Of a stretch of 64,000 bases of DNA, positions 29,837-43,115 are shown in pieces. The notes under the pieces were generated by a model. The model saw only the letters and a list, made by a program, of their open reading frames with translations. It searched no databases and was not told the origin of the DNA. Position numbers and translations under genes: made by a program. The DNA comes from the human T2T-CHM13v2.0 reference genome, Homo sapiens: the NCBI RefSeq assembly GCF_009914755.1, contig NC_060928.1. The stretch is one strand, 5' to 3'. Positions within the stretch are counted from its first letter, which is position 1. Each line of letters starts with the position of its first letter.

Positions 29837-31389
29837 TTGAAAAAAGAGGGGAAAATAATAACACCTATCTAGTGAGGTGGTTGGGACAGTGACATGAAAG
29901 AAAACTTTGCTGCTGATATATAATTTTGGTCAAAAGACAATGTAAGCAAAACAAAAAAGAATCTATGAGAGAATGTGTGCTATGTCCCCCAGTTATGTGG
30001 TGTACATAGGTGTGTAAAATATACATACACATTGAAAATAAAACTATTGTCCAAATGTTAACAGTGATTACACCTGAGTAGCAAAATCATGCATAATTTT
30101 ATTAATTTCCTTGTTATATCTTCTAATGTCTTCACAATGTTCACACATAATTTATGCAATTAAAAAATTCCTAATGTGGATTTTGCTTTTTTTAAAAAAT
30201 GATGCTCCCTGTTTCTAATTCCTGGTCCCTAGGTGGGCTGGGTCTTGCTGTTGGCCCAGAGACCCCATGAACCAGCTGTCTGATATTGAGAAAGTGGTCT
30301 GTGCATACCGGGTCTGTATCCTCCCTCTTCCCTTCCCCTGAGAGTTTGCCACATGCATGGGCATCCAGGTATCTCCCAGTCTTTTCCCCCAAGCTCCCCC
30401 AACTGACTCATACTTCAACAACCACCCAAGCTGGAAAGATCATTTTACCACAGCAATGTGTTTATATCAGTCCCAAAATGCTGTGCAACAGGTCCAAACT
30501 TAATCATCCAAAACAACCCTTGTGCTGGATGTTGGTGACAGAAATTGCTTTGTAGAAATGTTTAAATGCTCAAGGAGTAGAAGGCTGTGAAACCACAATT
30601 GTTTGTCCTGTAAACATTTATTAGATTACCACTGTCATCTGTGGAAAACCATTTACAAAAAAATGCACACATTCTGTATTTTTATTGTTTATCTTGAAAA
30701 TAAAGTTATGTTGTGTTTAATGTGTTTCAGTTTTTGCTTTTATTTTTATCTTCTAGATTCTTCCTTGAAGTGCTTTAAGAGTGAAAAGAGATGCAGACAG
30801 TGTAGGAGAGAAAGGTTAGGATGGTCCAGAAAACGAGAAGGGTAGAGCATAAGAGTTTGGGAATTTAGAGTGACTGGGTATCTGCCATGAGCCAGAGTCT
30901 GGGCCAGGTGCTGGGATACACTCCCCATTCATGAAAAAGGCCTCAGGAAGGCTTAGAAAAGATCAAAGACAACAGAGAGAAGGATTAGGGCAAAAAAAGA
31001 AGATAGTAAAAGGACAGCAAATGGAGACCTTCTAAGTCCATACCCATTTGGAAGTCACTAAATAGGAATACTTTGGAAAGCCAGAAAGGGAGAGAAAAAG
31101 CCAAAAAGGAGGGACTCCCTTGTGACGTTCCTTTTCCCAGTCCAGGATCACAAATGGGCCCATTTGTTGGGAGGTCAAATGTACAGTCTGTGTTCTTGTT
31201 GAAATGGGGCATGGGGCTGAAATTATGCAGGAACTGGGGTAAGGTGAGGGTAAGGAGGAGATTAAGAAGAGAGGAAAAAGTTACTATTTATAGGTAATAG
31301 CCTAACTGAGTGAGGAAGAGAAAGAAGGGATGGGGAAGACTATAGTAATTCCTTTATATGATTGTGAAATCTCCCTTAGTACTTACACC

Positions 31390-31710
31390 AATAGTAGAAG
31401 CCACACTATCAACATTTGTTAGCTTCTTGATACCCAATTCTCACAGGGTGAAGAGAAAAGGGCCAGGTGACACCATTCACACAGGGAGTTTTGTTACAGA
31501 AGAGGAACCTGAACTTAGGGAACCTGAATCTTTTGTAATAGCAGTAAAAATTCTGCCCTTTGCCTGGAGAGAGAGGGACTATCTCCATCTTCCAAGGCTG
31601 TTCACTATACAAACATTCTCAAAAAGATATTTCAGAGCAAAGATACTCAGTGTCTCTGCTTACGAGATGTGTAGAAACTAGAGAAACTCACAGAAAATTG
31701 TCTCCCAACA
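31390..31710 (-). mobile_element. ERVL-type LTR fragment (MER70/MER76-like)
   Basis: Ends aaattgtctcccaaca (minus-strand tgttgggagacaatt LTR start); ctatctccatcttccaaggctgttcactatacaaac. Confidence 0.6.
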
Positions 31711-32185
31711 AGTTTCTTTCCCAATATGCACAACATGACGGCATGCTTGTTCTGGAATTGGCTGATTATAGAGTCCAGAACTCAGAATAAAGAAAATAAA
31801 GAAGGTCATTTTTTAAAAACTATAAAGTAGTCAGTTAATCTTTACTTTCCCTCTGACCTCTCCAGAATTTCTTCAAATGATTCCTAACTCATTTGGCAGT
31901 TGAGTGAAGCCCAAGCTTCTACCTTCCTCCCTTTACCCCTCTCAAAGCTCATCTTCTCCGAGTCTTATTCTCTTTTGATTCCATCATGATCTCTCAACAA
32001 ACTTATTTTTATTTATTTACCAAACACAAATCCATGCTCTGTTTTAAGCATTTTACTAATATTAACACGTTTAATCTTTTAACACCCTATAAGGTGAGTA
32101 CTATTATAATACCCATTCTTCAGATGAGAAAATTGTGCCAAGTAATGGTTATTCTAGTACGATACACATACTTTTGTGAAAATAA

Positions 32186-32565
<380 letters not shown>

Positions 32566-32630
32566 TAGAAATGTTTAAAGGACTTGTGAGGAAAACAAGA
32601 AGTGACCCGAGCTACTATTATTTAGTAGTA

Positions 32631-33230
32631 TAGTCATGCGTCTCTTAATGATGGGGATACATTCTGAGAAACACATTGTTAGGCCTTTTCATCTTTATGC
32701 AAACATCATTGAGTGTACTTACATAAACCTAGATGGCATAGCCTACTATACACCTTGGTTATATGATAGAGCCTATTGCTCCTAGGCTACAAACCTAGAC
32801 AGCATGTTACTGTACTGAATATTGTAGGAAATTGTAACACAATGCTAAGTATTTGTGTATCTAAACACAGAAAAAGTACAACAAAATATGGTATAAAAGA
32901 TTTTTTAAATGGTGTACCTGTATAGGTACTTACCATGAATGAAGCTTGCAGGACTGGAAGTTGCTCTGGGTGGGTCAGTGAGCGAATGGTGAGTGAATGT
33001 GAGGCTTAAGACACTACTGCTCACTCCTGTAGACTTTATAACACTGTATGCTTAGGCTACACTAAATATATTTTTAAAAATTAAATGATTACGCTACCAC
33101 ACTATGTCATCTACAAAGTCACTAGGCAATAGGAATTTTCAGCTTCATTATCATCTTATGGGACCACCGGGACCACCATGGTACATGCAGTCCATTGTTG
33201 ATGAAAATGTCATTATGCAGTGCATGACCG
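32631..33230. mobile_element. Tigger3 (Tigger3c-size, 600 bp) non-autonomous TcMar element
   Basis: TIRs tagtcatgc ... gcatgaccg with TA on both sides; internal aaacctagatggcatagcctact. Confidence 0.9.
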
Positions 33231-33909
33231 TACTTTATTAGGAGAAATTTCAGGACTGTGGAGGATACTTTGGGGAAAGGAACCTGTTCACCTCCCCTTC
33301 AATCACTCTCCCAGAATTATCATATGTGGTGAGGTGCAGGGAGTTTTCAGAACTACCTGGTTCAGATTCACTTTTAGCAATTTGTTGGTTATTTTTCCAC
33401 AGCCAGAACCATGTTTAGTTCACTGCTGTATCCCTGGTGTCCAGCCAAGGGCCCAGTTCCTCATGGGGGCTCAGAAGTGTGTTGAATAATTGACTGAGTG
33501 AGTGAATGAATGAATAGGAACCAGAAACTTCATGGGTCACTTCGGTAGGGAAGTGCTCCTGGATTAGAATCACCAGATTTAATCGCATCTTAAATCCAAG
33601 GATGAATCTATGTCTCAGTGCAAAAAGGGCAGAAGTTAAACCAGGCATACAAGATAATAGAAGAAACTAGAACCAAATGCATATTTTTAAAATAATTTGA
33701 TTGGAAATAACAACAACAGAGGATTAGAGAGAGGAATGAAGATGAGGTTGAAGGCGAACAAGAATTCCTTGGGCCAACCCGAATAAATTGAACATAAAGT
33801 AAAAAGGCAATAGGCAAAACTAGCAGGCAGCCAGAAATGTTAGGTGCTCCAGTTCTAAGAAGTAACTGGAGAAGGAAGTTGATAGAAAGTAGGGAAAGAA
33901 TATTAATAA

Positions 33910-34150
33910 TGATAATGGTTACCATTTATAGATAATATTCTGTTCCAAGCAGGATTCTCACTGCTTTGAGTTTATTAATTCACTTCAGCACAACTCTTTG
34001 ACTTAGATTCTATTATTATTATCATCACTATCTTGCAAATGATAAAACTGAGTAACAGAGAGGTTAAGTAACTTGTTCAAGGTCACACATCTTGGAAGTA
34101 GCAAAGCTGATGTTTGAACCTAGGCAATTTGCTCAGAATCTGCACCATTC
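33910..34150 (-). mobile_element. MIR
   Basis: aaactgagtaacagagaggttaagtaacttgttcaaggtcacaca core. Confidence 0.8.
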
Positions 34151-34479
34151 ACAAATTGCCATTTATCACCTCTCCTATAGCACAGACTGCCTCTATGTTA
34201 GGGCAGCAGCCATGTCAAAAAAAAAAAAAATTCAACAATCTAAGTTTTTTAAAACATATGTTTCTTATGCAAAAGGCCTTCACCGGGACTCCTTAACCAG
34301 ATTGCATCTCTCCTCAAGCCCTTCCCATGTAGAGATTCTGGAGCCACCATCTTGCTAAGGGTTGGTTGAGAGTTAAAGACCACTTGAGACCCTTCAGAAC
34401 AGAAAGCAATTCAACTGTTCAAAAACTAGTGATTCCTTAAAAATTAAACATGGTGGGGAAAAATTAAGGTGTTGGGGAG

Positions 34480-34900
34480 ATGTTCCAGATTACCAGTGAT
34501 TAAAGAGACATTACTACCAATACAATGCGGATACTTCTTTTTTTAAAAAACAGCTATAAGAGATAATTGGAGAACAGTTAAGAAATGACTATGATTATGA
34601 ATTGGATAATTGATAATAGCAAGGGAATTATTGTTAATTTTCTCAGCTCTGATAATGCTAATGTGGTCATGCAGGAAATGTCCTACAATCTTCAGAGATG
34701 CACGGGGAAGCTTTTAGGGCTGAAGTGTCATGATTTCTGAAACCAACTTTCAAATGGTTCAGAAAGAAAAATAGAAAGATTGGTTTGTAAGTTAAACATG
34801 GCAAATGTTAACAATTGTTGAATCTGGTAGAGGCTAGACAGCTGTGCACTGAAATATTCTTTCAGGTTTTCTGCATGTAATTTTCATAATAATAAGTTTT
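34480..34900 (+). mobile_element. L1MC/ME 3' UTR fragment
   Basis: tgttccagatta...aaagagaca...ggaattattgttaattttctcag...aaatgttaacaattgttgaatctgg. Confidence 0.65.
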
Positions 34901-35239
34901 GGGTGAAAGAGCCTGGGGTGAGGAGACAGTGATTGCTTACAGATTGGCCAAAGAAGGCCGGGAACTTGGCCAATGCGAAGGCCTTCGGGGATGAGTTAAA
35001 AAGCTCGGTCTTGACCACATGGGGTTGAATGCAAATTCTTTCTCAATAAAACAGAAACACAGAACTGGACCAAGGACTCAAGTACTGGATGGGAGATTTG
35101 GCAGTCCTTCCAATAAAGTTAGCAGTGGCAGCTGTAGTGGTGATAAAATCGCCTGGACTCTGCTGTAAAATCAAGAAGACCAAGCTGAAGTTCCATGTGG
35201 AATATGCGTGGTCCAGTGATTTTCTGTGAATAGCTGGGA

Positions 35240-35440
35240 CCTGTCTGCCAGGGTTGAAACCCTCACTCAATGGCTCACTAGTCTAGTGACCTTGGACAAG
35301 TCACTTAACATTTCTGACACGCAGTTTCCTCTGCTAGTACTCATCTCCTGGAATTGTTATGTGTGGAGATTAAATAGGACAACATATATAAAATGCTTAA
35401 CACAAGATATGGCCCACAGTGAGCACTCAACAAACATTGC
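35240..35440 (+). mobile_element. MIR
   Basis: gtgaccttggacaagtcacttaac...cagtttcct...aaatgcttaacaca. Confidence 0.8.
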
Positions 35441-38400
35441 TCTCATTTTCACTGCACAGGGAGAAGGATAGGGTAAAAGAGAAGGCTTGTTTGCCACTGA
35501 CTGTAGCAGCAAAAGCAGCCCAACCCACATCTTCTGCCACTTTGTTTACAATTACATGTATGTTCGGGTTATTTAATTTCTTTCTTTTAAGTGAAATTGT
35601 GTGGCCCGGGGTTAGCAGGGATGCTAATGAAGTTAAACAACGGAGGAGATTACGCCCTAGCATGGAAAATAAACATTGAGGTCCCTGCTTCAGCGTTTAT
35701 CTTCAATGATACCTCATCTTTGCCTGGGTAATTATCTCTCGACAGCAGACAGTGCTCCAGCAGCAACGGATAATTCCATTAACATTACCACTTAAACACA
35801 GCCTCTCCAGGCTGCTCAGGTCCTCCGGTTGCTTGCTAAGCCTTAGGGGCCTCATATCATTTTGGAATTAAAATGACAGAGTAAATTATTCAAGCACATT
35901 TGGTTTTTTCCTAAGCAAACCTCTGCACATCCTTGACTCATCATTTCCCCCCAAAAGCATTGCTGCTGAGAATATTAATTGTAGCAACTCAGTGCTAGCT
36001 TTATTATGAAATTTGAGGGTTGGTGATAGTGGAACACTGCTAGTCCTTGGTGAGCTGGTTTCTAATTGTCTGAGGATGAGAAATAGGTGATAAAGTGTGG
36101 GGTGGCCTCCTCTGAAAGGGAAAAGTAAGTTTCATGTTTTCTGGAGACTTCTAAATGCCACAAAAGAATTCTGGCCAAAAAAAAAAAGGAAGAAAAAAGA
36201 AAAAATCCAGATCATGTGTATACTTAGGCATGGTGGTGACCCAGAGACCAAGCAAAACAAAAGAAGCAAATTTCATGAGAAAATCCAGCTAAAATTTCAT
36301 TATTTAAAATGAGTGTGTACTCTCTGTCTAGGTGTCTGTTCCCCAGCCCTGTCTTTGACTGGTCTCATTGCTGGGTGGCATCTTTAACAGAGAGTGTGCA
36401 AGAGCCATTGGCAGCAATCTCCTGTGTGGTTGGAGCCTAGCAGTTTACAAGGAGCTTCCCTACACATTGTATCACAATGACCTTGCCAGGTTAGTGGTGC
36501 ACACCCTGTTCCATGTCACAGGTGAGGGCCCTGAGGCCTACAAAGGTAAAATCACCTACCCGACATTCCATGTCAAATATGGTGGCAGGAGGACTTGAAT
36601 AGAAGTCTTTGGAGTCGGAAGATCCTACATGGCTTCTCGAGAGAAGGGAAAATGTTTATCATTTCATTTTCCTGTGCAGAAAGGACTTCAGCCTTTCTGT
36701 CAATGCTAAAGATCTATCTTCTTTCAAAGATAGGAAGTCAGGGTGTCTGCAAAGCACATATTTTCCCACTGGGCTGACCCCAAGTTGACCTTTATACTCC
36801 TCTCCACTATCTGTTAATTCCTTGTGTCTGGGTTCCAATGGAAGTGTGGACAGAATGAATGAATGAAGTGAGATAATGGTTGCCTCTCTCACAAAGCTAA
36901 CACATAGTAGGCTCTCGAAAAAGGCTTCATCTAATTAAAAAGCAATATTTATTTACTAGCTCTGGCAGCAGATTTGGTCAGCAAAGAGGTCAAAGGGTTG
37001 ACTTGAATTAGGTTTGAAGGTTGGCTGGAATTCAATTACCCATGACCCTCTAGTCTCTCCTGCCAGCCATGATTAATGGAGGCTGGCTAAAGTAGGATGG
37101 GGTTAGTAACACTGAAATCAACCTTCTCTGGAGAATAAAGACGCTGAAATTATCTAAGGAGCATTCTCAAGCCAGATGAGATTTCTTAGGTGGGAAATAA
37201 CCTTGTGATTCAGCCCAATAACATCAGGGATCAGATCCAGAGACAAAGGACATGCACAATAAAGCTGGGGAATCCTTGCTCCTAATTTTTTCTGACAATC
37301 ACAGGGGCCTCGTCACCCTGCCTAACATGGATAAATTATCATCAAGGGCTGTGGATGGTTTGGATCTGGATTTTTAAACAACTTGCTTGAGGATATTTGG
37401 GGTATACATTAGGGAAAAAGGTCAATTAAAAATCAGATAACTGCATCATTTAAAATAAGAAGAGACTCTACCCTGATCATCACCACTTTCCTTTTTCCCA
37501 ATACAGATTTTTCCCTCTCGGCCTCGCCCTAATGTTGATCTAATTGCCTTCTCACAATACAAGAAGGCCTTGAAAACTCGGGATTCAGCTACAGGTTTCT
37601 TTTTATATTAAAACTTTCTTTTGGAGCTGATCTCTTAGAAGATATTTTGAAAATATGATGATAATAACAGTTTCTTGTTTGCTTGTTTTCTGTTATTATT
37701 TACTAACTTTTTTGAATAAATTTTCAACTTTTTCCAGTCCTTTTGCTTTTGTCTAGCAATGTCTTATGCAGTAGGTAAGGGAAGCTCAAGGAGACATTTT
37801 TCCTTTTTGTTATTGTTCTAAGTCTGCACCTCAGTTTCTGTCCTGCTTTGTTTTCAGAGCTCAAGTTCTGTAGCCTATCCTAATTTGCAAGGCTGGCTTA
37901 TGAGACAAGTTAAGGAATCATTAAGGCACCTACCCTTTGCCTCTTCATTGGCCAAGTAGCTTAATTAACTTAGCTGAAATGCAGTCTAGTATTATGAGAG
38001 CAATTGCATTTGTGTATCTTAATAACTTACCTGTCCTCATGCAATAGTCCACATCCCTCTAATAAAAATATATACATGCACATGCGCTTTGACGTATCGA
38101 TATTCAACCTCACAAAATAAGCTCAAACTTGAAAAAGATCCAGACTACGGCAACGTTTATTATTTTTAGAGCATAACCTAGTCATTTTGATTAATTCGTT
38201 TGGATTGCTTTTTCCTGCAGCTCCCCAGGGAGAGGTGGGAGGAAAAGGCGGTAAAAACATAAATTTTCTTTGGTGATGAGTTCGCATGTTTAGAACTGTA
38301 ACATGGCAAATCATTGTGAAATCTTCTAATGGATGCCTGTCTCATGCCAAATAAGCCCAGTACCCAAAGCACATCAAGAAATAATTGAAAGACACTGGAC

Positions 38401-39313
38401 TGAATCCAAAAGGTTGTGGCTAATGTTTCACCTAATCTCTCTCCCAGGTCTCTCCTGCCTACTGCCGGCCCTACCCACAAGATGTGAACTTCAGAGCCTT
38501 CTTGCAACTGCTTCTTGGCTATTTGCACCCTCTAACCCTCTGGAAGAAGAATGAGGACTATTATGAAGGCAAAAGCATAAAAGGGGAAAAGATTAGCCTC
38601 CAGAGTAGGAAGATTGGGTTGTTGGAAGCCAGCACAAGTCTTCCCCTGAAAGAGTTAATTCGCCTCCAATGGGGGTAGGGACTGACCTGGGAGTGGCCTC
38701 AGCCTACATAGGACAGGCCTAAAGGCCCCATTGGGGCTGAAGGTGACACTGGGTCAGATCCCTAGGATTCTGCAACTTGAGGTGGGAGTGTCTATAAGCT
38801 GGAAACAAAAGTTTCAAAAAAAAAAAAAAAAGCTCATTTTGTTTTTAATTCGTTTTATCTTGGCTCTATCTCAGGCACCACTGACTTCAGACCTTTCAAA
38901 GCTAAGGGTGGGGTAGGGTGGGGCTTAGTGATTTTTTTTCTTAAAGAGAGAGAACAGGGAATGTGCCTTGAACATGCACAATTTGCTTGAACATGATCAT
39001 AGTCATTAATAAAAACATTGAGCAATATTTGCTTCTATGTCTTTGGAACTGGCATTTGCAAAGGTAGCATTGACAGATCAGAGAACAGAAAGGAATTCTG
39101 CGGTTACTCGTGGAGGAATTTGGACCTGTGAGATATTCATGATGTTAATTATTTATAATTTCAGTTGTTTTAGGCCAGGCTTTGAGCTTCAAGATAATGT
39201 GCTCAGAATTGGCAACAAAAATGGTCATTTTTTTGCTAGTAATTACTGGCTTTGAGCTTCAGCTATTTTAGAAGGACACAGAGAGATCTTTAGATCATGT
39301 ATTCCTGACTTAA

Positions 39314-39530
39314 GCAAGGAAGGAAAGAAGGAAGGAAGGAAGGAAGGAAGGAAGGAAGGAAGGAAGGAAGGAAGGAAGGAAAGAAGGGAGGGAGGGAGGG
39401 AGAGAAAGGAAGGGAGGGAGGGGAGGAGGAGGAATAGGAAGAAGAAAAGAAAGGAAAGAAGGAAGGAAGGAAAAAGTAAGGCAGGGAGGCAGGCAGGAAC
39501 AAAGAAAGAAAGGAAGAAAAGAAGTAAAAA
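39314..39530. repeat. (GGAA)n microsatellite and GA-rich tract
   Basis: 13 uninterrupted GGAA at 39330-39381 inside ~215 bp of almost pure purine. Confidence 0.97.
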
Positions 39531-39829
39531 AAATTTTTTAAAAGGACAACCCACAAAACCTCAGAATTTAACTAAGTTCCAGGCCTGAAATTTATTTTTT
39601 TGAACAATAGAGATGCACTATACTGTAAGAAAACACAACATGTAAAAATTCAAACTTGCCAAACTAAACAGAGAGAAGTTAAACATTTTACAGGAAAATT
39701 TGCTACTAGGACCTGTTAAATAAAAGCGCCCTCAGTTATCTTTAAACTAGAGATCGATGTATACTTTAACCTTTTAAAACCACGTAAAGTGAAGTCTCCC
39801 ATGTAAATATCATTCTTAATGTGGAATAT

Positions 39830-40030
39830 CCACACTTGAAAGTCACACATTGCTGGGGTTCAACCTCAGCTTCACCACTCATAGCATGTGACTGTGGCCA
39901 AGTTACTTCACCTCTCTGAGCCTCAGTTTCCCCATCTGTAAAATGAGGGCAGTGATAGCACCTGCCTGATTAGACTTAACTGAGTTGCTACACAGAAAGC
40001 CATTAGGAAGTCCTGCCACTCAGCAGGTGT
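39830..40030 (+). mobile_element. MIR
   Basis: caagttacttcacctctctgagcctcagtttccccatctgtaaaatg. Confidence 0.85.
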
Positions 40031-40234
40031 TTCATGGCTCTTAGCTTCCTAAGCCTTCTCTTTCCTTCCTACTTCTGGGACCACGTGGTTCAGCCAGCAT
40101 GGAACAAAAGAAAATTTGACCCACTTTGTAGCTTTAGATGCCTCAGCTTTATGCCAAGTAAGTTGTAACCTCAAACAAATGGGACCCAGAGAGCTTATGG
40201 CTGTTTCTGCCTTTCTCATATTTATTTATTTTTT

Positions 40235-40460
40235 AAACAAATACTTGTATAATGCTTACTATGTGATAGGCATATTCTAAGCACTTGGCAAATACCGACT
40301 CATCCAATCTTTTATAACAACCCTATGAAATATATAGTATTATTTATTATTCCCATCTTACATTTGAGGAAGCAGAAACACAGAGCGCTTCAGTAACTGG
40401 TCCAAGGACCATAACAGGTACCTGCACAGCCAAGAACTGAACCCAGACAATCTAGTCCAT
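40235..40460 (-). mobile_element. MIR
   Basis: tgcttactatgtg...aacaaccctatga...gaggaagcagaaacacagag. Confidence 0.75.
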
Positions 40461-40920
40461 TCCCTCAGTAGGTCTCATGGGTGTATTATTTATTTGGAAG
40501 GCCTGCTGAGACCAAAGCAGCCAAATGAAATACCAGGGCCAGTTCTGCACAGACTAAAAAATAACAGCAGGGCCAGAAGTACTGAAGTTGCAAAACCCTC
40601 TGCTGATAAGCTTTCACTGCCAGAACCTCAGACCAGAGAGATCTAGATGAAGTTGACTGAATAAGCAAGCTGATTTCCAGTCCTTTGGCACACTGCCCTC
40701 TCTCCACTCCTACCACCTAAAAGGGTGCAGACTCCTCTCAGGTTTCTTCATTCTTCCTCACTCTCTTGGCTCAGTGAATGTGAAATTGCTGGCTGTTGCA
40801 GCCTAAGTGGGTGGAAGGGTGGCTGGAGGACGGAGAGCATTCAAGTAGTCAAAGAAAAAAAGAAATAACTTGTTTTAACATTTTAATAACTCTAATTTTT
40901 AAAATTATCAAAGCAATACC

Positions 40921-41395
<475 letters not shown>

Positions 41396-42020
41396 TTTAC
41401 AAAGTTCATTATTTTAAAAAGTTAGAAAATACAGGAAAAATAATAACAATGGGGGAAAATAGCATCTGTAATCCTACCATCCAGAAATAACTAAAATCAA
41501 TATTTCAACATATATTCCTTCAATTTTTCCTCTTTTTTATTGTTTTACAAAAATTTGGAGTAACGCTCCAGAAATAGTTTTGTAACTGATTATTTTACTT
41601 ACCAATGTGCTATGGCCATTTTTCTATATCAATTATTCATCTACTTATCATTGCATGGATGTTCCAAGGTTTACCTAGCCATTCCCTATTGTCAAATATT
41701 TGTTATTTTCCATTTTTAACCATGGTAAACAGTAATAGTGTGAACATGTTTGTAGATGCATCTTTATCTGATTATTTCCTTAGGATAAATTCCTAAAATT
41801 GCTGTGAATTGCTGGATTAAAGGGAATGCACATTTTATAGGCTTTACGGACCTATAGATAAAATGCCGTTCATAAAGGTTTTACCAGATTTTCTGCATTC
41901 ACTTATATTGTGTGCCTTTTTGTTACATCACTATCAACACTGGGATTTAAAAATGTCTGTCAGCTCAATACGCAATGTATAGATTAATTTAAACTAATTT
42001 AATAATTTATTGTTTGACAT

Positions 42021-42370
42021 TGTATTAGTCCATTTTCACACTGCTGATAAAGACATACCCAAGACTGGGCAATTTACAAAAGAAAGAGGTTTAATTGGAC
42101 TTACAGTTCCGCATGGCTGGGGAAGCCTCACAATCATGGTGGAAGGCAAGGAGGAGCTAGTCACATCTTACATGGATGGCAGCAAGCAAAAAAAGCTTGT
42201 GCAGGAAAACTCCCTCTTACAATAACTATCAGCTCTTGTGAGACTTACTATCAGGAGAACACCCGGGGAAAGACCTGCCCCCATGATTCAATTACCTCCC
42301 ACTGGGCTCCTCCAACAACACATGAGAATTCAAGATGAGATTTGGGTGGGGATACAGCCAAACCATATCA
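42021..42370 (-). mobile_element. THE1B-like solo LTR
   Basis: tgtattagtccattttcacactgctgataaagac...ccaaaccatatca; perfect 5-bp TSD gacat. Confidence 0.95.
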
Positions 42371-42689
42371 GACATATTTCCATGACATCATTTCCCATTT
42401 TCAATTCTATGAATTACCTATTATGTACCAAACACTGGTCTAGGTAGTTTGCATATTCTTTTTTTAAAAATCTTCACAAACCATTATCTTTTATTTTGAG
42501 TGAGTAAACTATGGCTCACTCATAGTAAGGGGCTAAGTTACTTGTCTGAGATCACACAAACTGGTAAGTGATCAAACTAGGGTCCATAACTAGGTCTGCC
42601 TGACTCCAAAGTAGAAACTATAATAAAGGTTTTTGTTTGTTTGTTTGTTTGTTTTTAAAAAAGATGCTACATAAGTTCTTCAGGTTCTG

Positions 42690-43115
42690 GTTGAATCAAT
42701 CAGGAACCAGTGAGAGAAAGACAGCTCTCTCCAAGGAGTAATTGAAGAGAGTTCATGGAAAGCACTATTTGTGGAGGTGTGGGGAGGAAGAGAGAAACAC
42801 CAAGGCAGTATCAGCAGCAGAAAGCTGCTGTAATCCCAGGCCTGGAGGGGTAGAAAGAGGGCCCTCTTTGGCAATCTGGTGAGATCTGCAGCAGTGGGAG
42901 AGTGGCAGCTATGTGACCATAGAGTCACAGCTACTGTCAAACCACAGAGCAGCCTACAGACATTATACCCAACTCTGATCTCCTATTGGTGCCTCCTATT
43001 AGCCAAATCCAACCAGAAGCCAGAGGACAATGAAGTCTGGAAGTATTGTCCATGAAAGTCAACCTCCTGGACACACAAGAAAGGAAAGTAGGGTGGAGAA
43101 TGGACCTGCAGTGCT
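42690..43115 (-). mobile_element. LTR33-like ERVL LTR
   Basis: gcctcctattagccaaatccaaccagaagccagagg...gtcaacctcc...agggtggagaatggacctg. Confidence 0.6.

Larger units (their letters stand above)
28615..30170 (+). mobile_element. Old L1ME/MD fragment, host to L1PB4 and FRAM insertions
   Basis: actgctggtgggactgtaaattg...; cacaatgaaataccatgtagccatttaaaa; ccaaatgttaacagtgatt. Confidence 0.6.

Noticed and set aside
38965-38998. cttgaacatg repeated twice as a p53 response element
   Set aside because: Both half-sites mismatch RRRCWWGYYY and they are not adjacent.
39243-39556. PSFL-repeat ORFs (similar ones at 57547-57925 and 61836-62147)
   Set aside because: Translations of GGAA/CT microsatellites.
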